Source of the DNA: Patescibacteria group bacterium
Lineage (GTDB): Bacteria > Patescibacteriota > Patescibacteriia > SG8-24
NCBI GenBank assembly: GCA_041667185.1
Contig: JBAYFM010000001.1
Location: forward strand, 32,052-96,051
DNA: 64,000 nucleotides
Direction: 5' to 3'
Below the pieces are notes generated by a model. That model had not been told where the DNA came from and did no database searches. It worked only from the letters and a program-made list of their open reading frames with translations. Positions 18,058 to 29,832 of the stretch are shown here, in pieces (the first letter of the stretch is position 1; each line of letters starts with the position of its first letter). The position numbers and the translations under genes were made by a program.

Positions 18058-20538
18058 ATGAGATATCCCGGTTTAAAAGCGCAGGAGGTCAAAGATCTGC
18101 GATTCCAGTTCGGAGCCAACGTCCTGCCGGCCGAACGCGTCGCTTCGGGGCTGCGTATTTTTTTGGCGCAATTCACCAATCCGCTGGTCTACATTCTTTT
18201 GGGCGTCGGCGGGATCTCCCTGGCCATCCGGGAATATCGCGACGCCGGTTTCATCCTGCTGACAGTCGTCCTGAATTCGGTCTTCGGTTTCGTCCAGGAA
18301 TACAAGGCACAAAAGACCCTGACCGCCCTGAAAAGGATGGTCCAGCCGACCGCCAAGGTCATCCGCGACGGCGTGCGCCAGGAGATCGTCGCTTCTGAAT
18401 TGGTGCCCGGCGACATTGTCTTTCTGACCGTCGGCGATCGCGTACCGGCCGATGCTGCGGTCCTGGAAGCGGCGTCCTTTTTCGCCGACGAGTCGTTCCT
18501 GACCGGCGAATCCGAACCGGTCGCCAAGCGCGCCGGCGACGAGGTTTATATGGGGTCGGTGATCTCCTGGGGCACAGCGACGATCAGGATCTCCAAGATC
18601 GGTTCGGCCACCAAGATCGGTGAGATCGCCGCTTCGATCAAAGAGACCGTCCAGCCGCCGACGACCCTGCAGGTCCGACTGGAGAAATACACCCGGACTC
18701 TGATCGCGATCGCCGTCGGCATCAGCATCCTGCTCTTCATCATCGGTTCCGCGACCGGCGTCGGTCCGGCGCAGATGTTCCGGGTATCGACCGTGCTGCT
18801 CATCGCTATGATCCCCGAGGCGCTGCTCATGGCCGTGACCCTGATCCTGGCCATCGCCATGCAGAAGATCCTGAAGCGCAAAGCCCTCATCCGGAAACTC
18901 CTGGCTGTCGAGACTCTCGGTTCCGTGACCACGATCTGCACCGACAAGACCGGCACCCTGACCGAGGGCAAGATGCGGGTGACCGAGGCTGAATTCGTCG
19001 ATCGGCAGTCCGGATTGGACGTGATCTGTCTCTGTAATAATATTTCCGACGCCACGGAGATCGCGCTGTGGGATTATCTGGCCCGGCAGGAAAATTTCGA
19101 TCCTCAGGCCACTTACGATCGGTCGCCGCGAATCCTGGAAATACCTTTCAATAGCGAACATAAGTTCATGGCTGCCGCCAACTGCGCGGCCGCGTCAACC
19201 GAATGTTCGCTGTCGGTCAAGGGCGCACCTGAAGTGGTCTTGGCTATGACCGAGCTCGCGGCGGAGGAACAGGCGGTCATCTTGAAGAAGGTCGAAAAAT
19301 GGGGCGGCGAAGGTCTGCGGGTCCTGGCGCTCGCGCGGCGCGCGCTGGCCCGGGAAGAGCTCGATTCCGTCGCGGTCGGTTCGATGCCGACGCTCAAATT
19401 CATCGGTCTCGTCGGTTTGTGGGATCCGCCGCGCCAGGAAGTCAAGGAAGCGCTGCGGACGGCCCGGGAAGCCGGCATCAAGATCAAAGTGATCACGGGT
19501 GACTACCGGCACACGGCCGTGAAGATCATGGATCATCTGGGGCTGGCGATCGGTCCGAACGGTCTGCTCGAGGGGCGCGAGATCGACGGACTCAGCGACG
19601 AGGCTCTGAGATCCCGGGTGACCGAGGCTGTGCTGTTCACGCGGGTCATGCCGCGGCACAAGCTCAGGATCGTGAACGCCCTGCAGTCCCTGGGCGAGAT
19701 CGTGGCCATGACCGGCGACGGCGTGAACGACGCGCCGGCCCTGAAGAAGGCTAATATCGGCATCGTGGTCGGCACCGCTTCCGAAGTGGCCAAGGAAACC
19801 GCCGACGTCATTCTTTTGGACAGCAATTTCAAGACCATCGTGGCCGCCGTGGAAGAGGGGCGGGTCGTGTTCGAGAATATCCGCAAAGCCATCTTCTACA
19901 TGCTGGCCAATTCTTTCAGCGCGGTCATGATCACGTCGGGAGCGATCATCTTCGGCTGGCCGATGCCGCTCTCCGTCGCCCAGATCCTCTGGATCCACCT
20001 GATCTGCGACGGGCCGCAGGACATCACTCTGGGACTCGAACCTAAGGAAGAGGAGATCTTGGGTGAAGGCCCCAAACGGCTCAGTGAGCCGATCCTGGAC
20101 CGGACCAGATTGTTCCTGATCTTCAGTACGTCGTTCCTCTCAGCCGCTTTCGCCCTGTCGCTGTTCTGGTATTTCGGCTTGCGCCTGGCCGATATGGAAC
20201 TCGGGCGGACCATGGCGCTCACGGCGGCCACGCTCGGTTCGATCCTGTTTATCATTCCCAGCCGCAGCTTCCGCAAGCCTTTCTGGCGCTACGGCAATTT
20301 CTGGAAGAATCCCTGGCTGCTCGCCGCCGTAGCCATCAATCTGACCCTCCAGATAGTCGTGACCTATGTGCCGTATACGCGTAATTTCTTGAAGCTGGCG
20401 CCGCTCGGAGCCGCTCATTGGGGGCTGCTGTTTTTGGGCATAGCCGCCATGATCATGTTCATCGAGGCGGTCAAATGGTGGCAGCAGAAGCATGGCCTCC
20501 GGCTGCGGACCGGACGGGCCGGCAGCGCCGTCGTTTAA
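18058..20538 (+). CDS. Cation-transporting P-type ATPase (type II, Ca2+-like)
   Basis: LTGES, IPEAL, DKTGTLT, KGAPE, DPPR and GDGVNDAPAL. Confidence 0.93.
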   Translation: MRYPGLKAQEVKDLRFQFGANVLPAERVASGLRIFLAQFTNPLVYILLGVGGISLAIREYRDAGFILLTVVLNSVFGFVQEYKAQKTLTALKRMVQPTAKVIRDGVRQEIVASELVPGDIVFLTVGDRVPADAAVLEAASFFADESFLTGESEPVAKRAGDEVYMGSVISWGTATIRISKIGSATKIGEIAASIKETVQPPTTLQVRLEKYTRTLIAIAVGISILLFIIGSATGVGPAQMFRVSTVLLIAMIPEALLMAVTLILAIAMQKILKRKALIRKLLAVETLGSVTTICTDKTGTLTEGKMRVTEAEFVDRQSGLDVICLCNNISDATEIALWDYLARQENFDPQATYDRSPRILEIPFNSEHKFMAAANCAAASTECSLSVKGAPEVVLAMTELAAEEQAVILKKVEKWGGEGLRVLALARRALAREELDSVAVGSMPTLKFIGLVGLWDPPRQEVKEALRTAREAGIKIKVITGDYRHTAVKIMDHLGLAIGPNGLLEGREIDGLSDEALRSRVTEAVLFTRVMPRHKLRIVNALQSLGEIVAMTGDGVNDAPALKKANIGIVVGTASEVAKETADVILLDSNFKTIVAAVEEGRVVFENIRKAIFYMLANSFSAVMITSGAIIFGWPMPLSVAQILWIHLICDGPQDITLGLEPKEEEILGEGPKRLSEPILDRTRLFLIFSTSFLSAAFALSLFWYFGLRLADMELGRTMALTAATLGSILFIIPSRSFRKPFWRYGNFWKNPWLLAAVAINLTLQIVVTYVPYTRNFLKLAPLGAAHWGLLFLGIAAMIMFIEAVKWWQQKHGLRLRTGRAGSAVV

Positions 20539-20700
20539 GGCGGATTTCTCGGCCGACTGGCGCGGCTGGTTGACAAGGGCGCGATCTTGGTATAAGCTCA
20601 GGCACGTTATTACTCCGCTATTCGGCGGAGCCGGACTCGATCCTCTGGAGTGTCATCGAATTAAGATGCGACCCTGAAGGCTTCGGGTCGCATATTTCGT

Positions 20701-22095
<1,395 letters not shown>

Positions 22096-22216
22096 GCGGC
22101 ATCAGCCCGTTGAATAAATAGCAGCCCCGTGAGGCGTATCGCGGGGCTGTTTGGTATCTGGCACGGCTGCGGGAGTGTGTTAATATGAAAAGCGCTATTC
22201 GCGGACCTGCGCTGTT

Positions 22217-22909
22217 ATGCAAGAAAAGTTTGTCGAACAATCCGGCTGTCGGCTGAGATATCTTCAGCAAGGGGAGGAGCCGGTCTGGCTCATTCATACC
22301 GGCACGCACGGCGATGAGCAAGCGGTCATTGATTCCGTCGGGCGTTATTTGCGTTCGCGCGCCGGGGTCTTGCCGGATCTGATCTGGGTGCCGGAGACAA
22401 GTCCGTCGGCGGTCGCGCGCGGGACGCGCCTGAATGCGCGGGACGTGAATTTGAACCGGGTCTTCTATGACGATGCGGAAGAGCCCGAGGTGCGGGCTAA
22501 TCTGCGTCTGCTTGCCGGCCGGAGCTTCCGTCATTTTTTGTCGGCCCACGAGGATCTGACCACGGATAAATTTTATCTGTACGAGCAGGACGATAATTCG
22601 GCGACGCCGGAGTTCGCGCGCCTGTACGCCGGACTCGCCGCGCTCGGCATCGGCCTGTACGAGGGTCTGGATGACGACGATCCGGTGCTCGGCAATGACA
22701 TCAAACGCGGATATTTTTTCAGCCGCACATCGCGGCGCCCGAACGGCGTTCTCGATGGCACGGTCGAAGGGTATGTCGGGTTCAACCGTTTGGCGTCGGG
22801 CAAGATCATCACCGCCGAAGTGCCGGGGCGGCTGCCTCAGGAAAAGAAGGATGCCGTGGTGGCGCTGTTGTTCGAATATTTGGCTGGGAGTGACGGAGTC
22901 AGGGAGTGA
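22217..22909 (+). CDS. M14-like zinc carboxypeptidase/deacylase
   Basis: GTHGDE, NLNR and SAHED motifs. Confidence 0.7.
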   Translation: MQEKFVEQSGCRLRYLQQGEEPVWLIHTGTHGDEQAVIDSVGRYLRSRAGVLPDLIWVPETSPSAVARGTRLNARDVNLNRVFYDDAEEPEVRANLRLLAGRSFRHFLSAHEDLTTDKFYLYEQDDNSATPEFARLYAGLAALGIGLYEGLDDDDPVLGNDIKRGYFFSRTSRRPNGVLDGTVEGYVGFNRLASGKIITAEVPGRLPQEKKDAVVALLFEYLAGSDGVRE

Positions 22910-23004
22910 CGGAGTCATTAGAACTTCAAAGCGCATAAAAAAGAGCGGGATATTATCCCGCTCTTTTTAAATTTACTTCGTCTCTCCCTGACTTCGCATC
23001 TTCT
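22887..23004. repeat. 8-mer (GGAGTNNN) inverted arrays flanking a bidirectional terminator
   Basis: ggagtgac ggagtcag ggagtgac ggagtcat ... aaaaagagcgggat att atcccgctcttttt ... tctctccc tgacttcg. Confidence 0.7.
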
Positions 23005-23006
23005 GC

Positions 23007-24092
23007 CTACTGCACGAACGGCCCCACGAACTCGATGCTTGCGTCCGGCTTGATGATCGTCTTGCCGCCGATAGGGATGAGCAGCGGATTCTTCGTCACG
23101 CCGTGGCCGAAGTTCGTGACCATGAGTACGGGCAGCGGGTCGTTGCTTTCGATGCGATCCTCCAGGACCTCGCTCAGCAGATATTGGATGTAATGCGGCG
23201 CCGATTCGGTGGTGAATTCGCCGCAGTTGGCGGCGTTCGGCGTTACCGGCGCGGGGTTCGCCGCCGGCGCGGCTCCTGGCACGGCGGGCGCCGGAGGCTG
23301 GCCGAAGATCTGGTCATATTTGCGTTCGGCGCTGGCGTAGTCCTTGTCGTCCATACGGCCGATGACGATCGCTCGGAGTTGCCGGAAGACGCGGCGCTGG
23401 TCGAGCGCGATGACGATGCGATGGAAATCCTCGGCGTCGAGATCAACGTCCTCCATGAACAGGATGAATGGTTTCCAGGAGGCCGAGCCGTAGCGGCAGA
23501 CGTCGAGCATGTCGCGGAAAGTCTCCAGATTGCCGCCGATGGCGATGCCTTCGATCGGTTTCGTCGGCGGGGGACAGGTCAGCCAGCGGCTGCCGGGTTC
23601 GTTGAAGGAGAAATTCTGGGTCCGGCCCTCGATGACGTCGAAGAAGAGCTGGTGGTTGTCGTGCGAGAAGATACCGCCGGCGTTGGCGTAATGGAACGTC
23701 AGCAGGTCAATCTCGAAATAAAGATGATTGATGAGGAAAGTCGTGTCGCTGAAGCCGTTCACGATCGGCGCCTGCTTCTTGATGACCTTCAGATCCTCTT
23801 CGGAGAGATGCCGGACGATGTCGCCGCAGCCGGTGCCGCCGTAGATCGGCAGGAGCCAGTTGGCGTTCTTCGAAGCCGCGCGGAATTGCTTGAGGCGTTC
23901 GCGTTCGGAGGCCGCGAGATAGCGCGGGTCGAGTTCGTGCCGCTCGACGTCGTAGACCTTGGTCTTCGGGTAGGACTTGGTCAGTCTTTTCACCGCCGCC
24001 TCGAAACCATGAAGATCGCTGCGTCCGACCGGGGACGAAGTATGCACGAGATTGATCTGGCTGTCGGGCGTCAGGCGCTTGGGGAGCAGCAT
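23007..24092 (-). CDS. LD-carboxypeptidase (S66 family)
   Basis: GFSDTT, GGNL, FMED and FGHG (Ser-Glu-His triad). Confidence 0.85.
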   Translation of the reverse strand: MLLPKRLTPDSQINLVHTSSPVGRSDLHGFEAAVKRLTKSYPKTKVYDVERHELDPRYLAASERERLKQFRAASKNANWLLPIYGGTGCGDIVRHLSEEDLKVIKKQAPIVNGFSDTTFLINHLYFEIDLLTFHYANAGGIFSHDNHQLFFDVIEGRTQNFSFNEPGSRWLTCPPPTKPIEGIAIGGNLETFRDMLDVCRYGSASWKPFILFMEDVDLDAEDFHRIVIALDQRRVFRQLRAIVIGRMDDKDYASAERKYDQIFGQPPAPAVPGAAPAANPAPVTPNAANCGEFTTESAPHYIQYLLSEVLEDRIESNDPLPVLMVTNFGHGVTKNPLLIPIGGKTIIKPDASIEFVGPFVQ

Positions 24093-24096
24093 AATA

Positions 24097-24672
24097 TCAG
24101 TCTTTAGGGTAAGCGGTGAGACCGTCTTTGCGGCGGGCTTCTTTTTCGGCGGCGTTGGCGTATTCGTGAGCGTCGTTGTAGCACTTGCCGCGTTTCATGA
24201 GCGCATACTCGAACAGCTCGTGGACCGCGATGTATTTCAGTTCCGGTCCGGCCGCCGCTGAATCGAGCCAGATCTCGTTTTTCGGGACGTACTTGTAAAC
24301 CAGGTTGTGTCCGCCGAAGAAAAAATCCGGGTCCAGGTGGCGGCGTACGGCCGGGCCGTCCGCGAGATAGATCTTGAGCTGGCCGTGTCGGGCCAAAAGC
24401 TCGAGGCGGCAGCGTTGCGGCAGGTCGCGATTGAATTTATCCGGACGCAGCAAGGCTTTGGCTTTTTCCCAGCCGAATTTTTTCACGAGCCGCTTCTTGA
24501 TCCTGTAGACATGCAGCAGAAAATCCTTTTCCGGCAGAAAATACCGCTCCAGCCAGAGTTGGCCGGGCTTCACGTACGGATAGATGTCTTGGTCTCCCAG
24601 AGCGCAAAATTCGATGTCCTGGGTGTTGCGGATTTTGAAACCGTCGACGATCTTGAGCTTTTTGGCGGCCAT
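24097..24672 (-). CDS. Hypothetical protein with an internal duplication and an HExxE metal-binding motif
   Basis: Two DG..R..D..F...Y.YV....WL repeats; VHELFE...Y..AH. Confidence 0.65.
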   Translation of the reverse strand: MAAKKLKIVDGFKIRNTQDIEFCALGDQDIYPYVKPGQLWLERYFLPEKDFLLHVYRIKKRLVKKFGWEKAKALLRPDKFNRDLPQRCRLELLARHGQLKIYLADGPAVRRHLDPDFFFGGHNLVYKYVPKNEIWLDSAAAGPELKYIAVHELFEYALMKRGKCYNDAHEYANAAEKEARRKDGLTAYPKD

Positions 24673-24840
24673 ACTGATAATAGCGCTTATTTTAGCTTAG
24701 TATCAGCTCTTCAATCTTTAAATACTGTGGGTTGATCGTAACCTGTTTTGGCCTTAAAGTCAACCCTGAGGATCAGGCCGAGGCAGTGGCCGTGATTGCG
24801 CTTAATGCTGAAATTGGTATATTTCCCGGGTCAATGCGTT

Positions 24841-25977
24841 ATGGAATTCAAACTTTTGAAGCGTTCGCGGCATAGCCGGGCCCGGCTCGGCATCCTGAAG
24901 ACGGCTCATGGCGAGGTTGAGACCCCGGCCATTGTTCCGGTTGCCACCCAGGCTACGGTCAAGACGCTCACTTCGCGGCAGGTCGAGGAGGCCGGTTGCC
25001 AGCTGCTCATCTGCAACACGTTCCATCTGCACTTGAAACCCGGCGAGGAAGTGGTGAAGCGCGGCGGCGGGCTGCACGGGTTCATGAACTGGAAGCGGCC
25101 GCTCATGACCGATTCCGGCGGCTACCAGGTGTTCAGTCTGGGCTTCGGCCGCGACCTCGGCGTCGGCAAGATCGCCAAGCCCGGTTCGGCGAAGCGCGTG
25201 AAGAGCGGCCAGCAGCCGCACCTCCTGAAGATCGACGAGGACGGGGTCTGGTTCACGTCCTACATCGACGGGCGCAAGGTGTTCATCGGGCCGGAGGAAT
25301 CGATCCGCATCCAGCAGGCGCTCGGCGCGGACATCATTTTCGCGTTCGACGAGTGCACGGCGCCGTCGGCCGACAAGGCCTACACCAAAAAATCGCTCGC
25401 GCTCACTCACCGCTGGGCGGCGCGCTGTCTCGCCGCGAAGAAAGGGGAGCGGCAGGCGCTCTATGGCGTCGTGCAGGGCGGCCGCTTCGAGGATCTGCGG
25501 CGCGAGAGCGCGCGGTTCATGGCCGGACTGGATTTCAACGGTTTCGGCATCGGCGGCGAGTTCGGCGACGACAAGAAAGCGATGGGCCGGATGATCCGCT
25601 GGGTCACGGACGAACTGCCGGAAGCGAAACCGCGGCACCTGCTGGGCATCGGCCATCCCGACGATCTCGTCACGATCGTCAAAGCCGGGGCCGACACTTT
25701 TGATTGCACGGCGCCGACCCATTACGCCCGCCACGGCACAGCCTTCGTTTCGAATGGCCGTCTCGATCTGAACCAGAGCCGTTTTCTCAGGGATCGCCGG
25801 CCGCTCGATCCGCGTTGCGGCTGCTTCGTCTGTGCTGAGCACACGCGGAGCTACCTGAGTCACTTGATCCGCGCCAAAGAGGTCGCCGGCATGGTGCTGC
25901 TCACCAGCCATAATCTGCATTTTTTCAACGGCTTGGTCGCCGACATCCGGCGGCGGATAAAGAAAGGCCTGTTGTGA
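24841..25977 (+). CDS. tgt: tRNA-guanine transglycosylase
   Basis: NTFHL, TDSGGYQVFSL, VQGG, DTFDC and CGCFVC...H zinc site. Confidence 0.95.
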   Translation: MEFKLLKRSRHSRARLGILKTAHGEVETPAIVPVATQATVKTLTSRQVEEAGCQLLICNTFHLHLKPGEEVVKRGGGLHGFMNWKRPLMTDSGGYQVFSLGFGRDLGVGKIAKPGSAKRVKSGQQPHLLKIDEDGVWFTSYIDGRKVFIGPEESIRIQQALGADIIFAFDECTAPSADKAYTKKSLALTHRWAARCLAAKKGERQALYGVVQGGRFEDLRRESARFMAGLDFNGFGIGGEFGDDKKAMGRMIRWVTDELPEAKPRHLLGIGHPDDLVTIVKAGADTFDCTAPTHYARHGTAFVSNGRLDLNQSRFLRDRRPLDPRCGCFVCAEHTRSYLSHLIRAKEVAGMVLLTSHNLHFFNGLVADIRRRIKKGLL

Positions 25978-27020
25978 GCGTCGCTTTGAGCCTGAAAAAA
26001 ATGCTGCAGCGGTACGATTACGATTTTCCGCCGGAGCTCATCGCCAAGGAGCCGGCGTCGCCGCGTGATGCCGCCCGGCTTTTGGTCTATCGCCGCGCCA
26101 AAAAAGACATCGTTCACGCGCGCTTCCTCGATCTGCCCGGCCAGCTGCCGCCCGGTTCCGTGCTGGTCTTCAATGAGACTAAGGTCGTGCCCGCACGGCT
26201 GGTGCTCCGCAAGCCGACGGGCGGCAAAGCCGTCCTGCTTTACGTTGACCGCGCCGGCCGCGATCTGCGGTTCATGGCCGATCGCCGGCTGGAGATCGGC
26301 TCGACGCTGACGCTCGACGCGCGCCATCATTTCAAGATCACCGGTCAGCAGGCGAATTTTTATCTGCTGCGGCCGCTTTTTCCCATGGCGCGTTTTCCGG
26401 GACTCCTGGAACGTCACGGCTTGACCCCGCTGCCGCCATACATAAAAGACTCGCCGCTCACGGAAGCCCAGGCGCGCGAGAAATACCAGGCGGTCTTCGC
26501 GAAACGCCGCGGGTCGGTCGCCGCGCCCACGGCTTCGCTGCATTTTACCGGGCGGCTGCTCGCCAAGCTCCGCCGGCGCGGTTTCGACGCGCGGTTCGTG
26601 ACCTTGCATGTCGGGCTCGGGACTTTCGCGCCGGTCACGGAAGATCACTGGCGCCGCGGCCGCCTGCATCGCGAGCGCTACGAGATCGATCCGGCGACGG
26701 CCAGATTCCTTGAGCGCGCCAAGCGGCAGGGGAGGCCGATCGTCGCCGTCGGCACCACCGTGGTCCGGACGCTCGAGTCGGCGGCGGACGACCGCGGCCG
26801 TCTCCGCCAGCTCCGCGGCGACACCGACCTCTTCATCCGCGAGGGCGCGAAGTTCCGGTTCGTGGACGCGCTCGTCACCAATTTCCACGTGCCGCGTTCG
26901 AGCTTGCTTATGCTGGTCTCGGCTTTCGCCGGCCGCCGCGAGGTCCGGAAATTATACAGGCTGGCGATCGCGGAAAAATACCGCCTGTTCTCGTTCGGCG
27001 ACGGCATGCTGATCGTCTGA
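25974..27020 (+). CDS. queA: S-adenosylmethionine:tRNA ribosyltransferase-isomerase
   Basis: PLPPYI, GSVAAPTASLHF, LHVGLGTF, VGTTVVRTLES, TNFHVP and FSFGDGM. Confidence 0.95.
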   Translation: MSVALSLKKMLQRYDYDFPPELIAKEPASPRDAARLLVYRRAKKDIVHARFLDLPGQLPPGSVLVFNETKVVPARLVLRKPTGGKAVLLYVDRAGRDLRFMADRRLEIGSTLTLDARHHFKITGQQANFYLLRPLFPMARFPGLLERHGLTPLPPYIKDSPLTEAQAREKYQAVFAKRRGSVAAPTASLHFTGRLLAKLRRRGFDARFVTLHVGLGTFAPVTEDHWRRGRLHRERYEIDPATARFLERAKRQGRPIVAVGTTVVRTLESAADDRGRLRQLRGDTDLFIREGAKFRFVDALVTNFHVPRSSLLMLVSAFAGRREVRKLYRLAIAEKYRLFSFGDGMLIV

Positions 27021-27123
27021 CGTCCGGTCGTCAGCTGGTCGGGGCTGCGGAGATACCTTATTCGGTCATTCTGTAATATACTGTTCCTGATAAAGCGCTG
27101 GGCCGACCAGCCCGGCGAAATCT

Positions 27124-29481
27124 ATGGAAGCAGAAAAACCGCTTGATACGACCGCTCAGCCAGTTCATCTGGCCCGCACGCTCGGACCCGGATCCATCAT
27201 TTTCATGGGCATCGGCTGCCTGATCGGCGGCGGTATCTTCACTTTGCTCGGACCGGCCGCTGGTCTCGCCGGACCAGGACTTTTTCTCGCCATGATCCTC
27301 GGCTCCAGCGTGGCCTTCCTCAACTTGCAGATGTACCTGGCCTTGGGCACCACTTTTCCGGAGGCCGGCGGCGGTTATCTCTGGGTCCGCAAAGGGCTGG
27401 GCAACTTCCAGGGTTTCATGTCCGGCTGGCTCAGCTGGTTCGCCCACGCCGCGGCTTGCGGCACGTACGCCCTCAGCTTGGCCTACTACGGTTACGAACT
27501 ACTGCGCATGGTCGGCTTCGATCCGGGCATCAGCGTCGCTTCGTTCATGAAAGTCTTGGCCGTCGTCCTGATTCTGCTCTTCGGTTATCTTAACTGGCGC
27601 GGCACCAAGAGCATGGGTAACGCCGGCATCATCATCACCGGCGGCCTGCTGACCGTGCTCGCGGTTTTCATCGCAAGCGGTTTCGCCAAGATCGGGGCCG
27701 CGGCCCATCCACTCGCCAATTTTTCGCCGTTCCTGCCGAATGGTTTCTTTGGCGTCATCGCGGCCACGGCGTTTTTCTATATCGCCTTCGAGGGTTCGGA
27801 GATCCAGGTCCAGGCCGGCGAGGAAACAAAGAATCCGGAACGCGACCTGAAGGTCGGGCTGATCACTTCCTGGGCCGTCGTCTCGATCCTGTACATCCTG
27901 GTCAGTTTCGTCGTGATCGGCGCCACGCCGGCGGAGGGCGGAGCGGTCCATAAGGTGTTGAGCGGCTTCGGCGAAGGCGCGATCGTCCGCGCGGCCGAAG
28001 CCTTCATGCCCTGGGGCGCCGTCCTCATGACCATCGGCGGCTTTTTGGCCAATCTCGCCGCCCTGAACGCGACGATCTTTTCGGCCAGCCACGTCGCCTT
28101 TGCCATGGCCCGCGACAACAACATCTGGTCCCGGATGTCCCGCGTCCATCTGAAGAACTTCACGCCGGATCTGGCGGTCATCGTCTCGACTCTGCTCGTC
28201 TCCGTCATGGTCGTGGCCCTGCCACTCTTCGATGTCGCGAGCGCGGCCTCGCTGCTGTTCGTGCTCCTGTTCCTGCAGTTGAACCTCGCCGGCATCACCA
28301 TCCACCTCAAGTTTCCGGACATACGCTGGAAATATCGCATCCCGTTCTTTCCGGTCACGCCGCTCCTCGCCATCGTGCTGTATGTCTTCCTGGCCGCGAC
28401 GATGCTCCAGACCAACCTGACCGCTTGGCTCGTGACGATGGTCTGGATACTTTTGGGCCTCGTCAATTATTTCGCCTACGCCGCGCGCAAGGGCCGCGAG
28501 CAGTTCGAGGCCGAGATCGTCTACGAGGAACAGGTCCGTATCGGTCCGAAGACCGGCCAGCGGCTCCTGTTGCCGATCATGCCGACCGCGACCTTCGAAG
28601 ATATCGCCAAGCGCCTGGAGACCGCCGTGGTCATCGCTAGCCGCATGAAAGGGGAGATCATCATCCTCATGGTCCACGAGGTGCCGCAGCCGCTGATGCT
28701 GCTCGACGGCGCGACGATGACCCATGACCGCCAGATGCTCGACAATATCAAGCGCTGGGTCGAAGAGTTCAATGAAAAGACCCCCGGCCTCGATCATGAC
28801 ATCAATTTCCACAACCTGGTCATGGTCGGACGCGATATCACCGACACGATCCTGGAGGTCGTGAAGATGGAGGATTGCGACCTGCTGATGCTCTCCTGGA
28901 AGGGTTACACCCGGGTCAAGGGCACGGTCTTCGGCAGCAAGATCGACCGTATCCTGCGGGAGGCTCATTGCGATCTTCTGGTCCTCAAGGATCCGCAGCC
29001 GGTGAGTTCGATCATCTTGGCCGCGAATCCCAAGGGCAAGAATCCATCATTGAAACTGATCGGCGAGATCTACTCGGCGCTCAACGCCCAATACCATCCC
29101 AAGACCGAGCTGTTCTGCGTCCTGGGCAAAGAGGTGCCGGTCTATCTCAAGACCGACCCGACGGCGGTGCTCGGCGGTTTGGGTCTTCAAAAACAGGATG
29201 TCCAGGATATCAAGTTCACGAGTTCCAGTTCCATCACCAAGGCACTGATCGAAGAAGTGGACAGCGTCAGCGCCGACTTGGTCATTGTCGGGGCTTCCAA
29301 ACCCAAGTTCCTCAAAGACATCCGTTTCGGCCGGATCCCGGAGTCGCTGGCCAAACATCTTGAAGGCTCGTCGCTCATGATCGTCAAAGCCCACCAGACG
29401 GTGGCCGAGGCTTTCGGCGAGCGGTTGCGCGATTTCCTGGCGCGCCGGCCGAAGAATCTGCCGCCCGCGCCGCCTGTTTAG
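27124..29481 (+). CDS. APC-family amino acid permease with C-terminal universal-stress (USP) domains
   Basis: IGGGIF, PEAGGGY, AFEG and EETKNPER; about 12 TM; FGSKIDRIL..CDLLV and FGRIPE. Confidence 0.88.
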   Translation: MEAEKPLDTTAQPVHLARTLGPGSIIFMGIGCLIGGGIFTLLGPAAGLAGPGLFLAMILGSSVAFLNLQMYLALGTTFPEAGGGYLWVRKGLGNFQGFMSGWLSWFAHAAACGTYALSLAYYGYELLRMVGFDPGISVASFMKVLAVVLILLFGYLNWRGTKSMGNAGIIITGGLLTVLAVFIASGFAKIGAAAHPLANFSPFLPNGFFGVIAATAFFYIAFEGSEIQVQAGEETKNPERDLKVGLITSWAVVSILYILVSFVVIGATPAEGGAVHKVLSGFGEGAIVRAAEAFMPWGAVLMTIGGFLANLAALNATIFSASHVAFAMARDNNIWSRMSRVHLKNFTPDLAVIVSTLLVSVMVVALPLFDVASAASLLFVLLFLQLNLAGITIHLKFPDIRWKYRIPFFPVTPLLAIVLYVFLAATMLQTNLTAWLVTMVWILLGLVNYFAYAARKGREQFEAEIVYEEQVRIGPKTGQRLLLPIMPTATFEDIAKRLETAVVIASRMKGEIIILMVHEVPQPLMLLDGATMTHDRQMLDNIKRWVEEFNEKTPGLDHDINFHNLVMVGRDITDTILEVVKMEDCDLLMLSWKGYTRVKGTVFGSKIDRILREAHCDLLVLKDPQPVSSIILAANPKGKNPSLKLIGEIYSALNAQYHPKTELFCVLGKEVPVYLKTDPTAVLGGLGLQKQDVQDIKFTSSSSITKALIEEVDSVSADLVIVGASKPKFLKDIRFGRIPESLAKHLEGSSLMIVKAHQTVAEAFGERLRDFLARRPKNLPPAPPV

Positions 29482-29544
29482 CAGTTTCAGCCTGTGGTAT
29501 AATTTTGTCGGCTTTAAATAATCTTTTTTAAACGTGAAAAAACT

Positions 29545-29823
29545 ATGGCTGCTCGCAAGATCGCCAAAGTCGAGGTCAAACGCGACCTCTGCATCGGGGC
29601 TTCGCCCTGCGTCATCGCCGCTCCGGGCGCGATGGAACTCGACGCCGACAACAAGGCTGTCTACAAACTCAAGGACGGCCAGCGCCTGTCCGGTCCGGTC
29701 GAGCGCGCGCTTCTCGAGGACCCGACCGTCGACGACGACACGCTTCTGACCGCGGCCCAGTCCTGCCCGGTCAAAGCGATCTATCTTTACGACGAAGAGG
29801 GGAAGCAGATCTTCCCGGAATAA
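29545..29823 (+). CDS. Ferredoxin, single cluster, probably [3Fe-4S]
   Basis: CIGASPC...AAQSCPVKAI. Confidence 0.85.
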   Translation: MAARKIAKVEVKRDLCIGASPCVIAAPGAMELDADNKAVYKLKDGQRLSGPVERALLEDPTVDDDTLLTAAQSCPVKAIYLYDEEGKQIFPE

Positions 29824-29832
29824 TCTTCGGCT

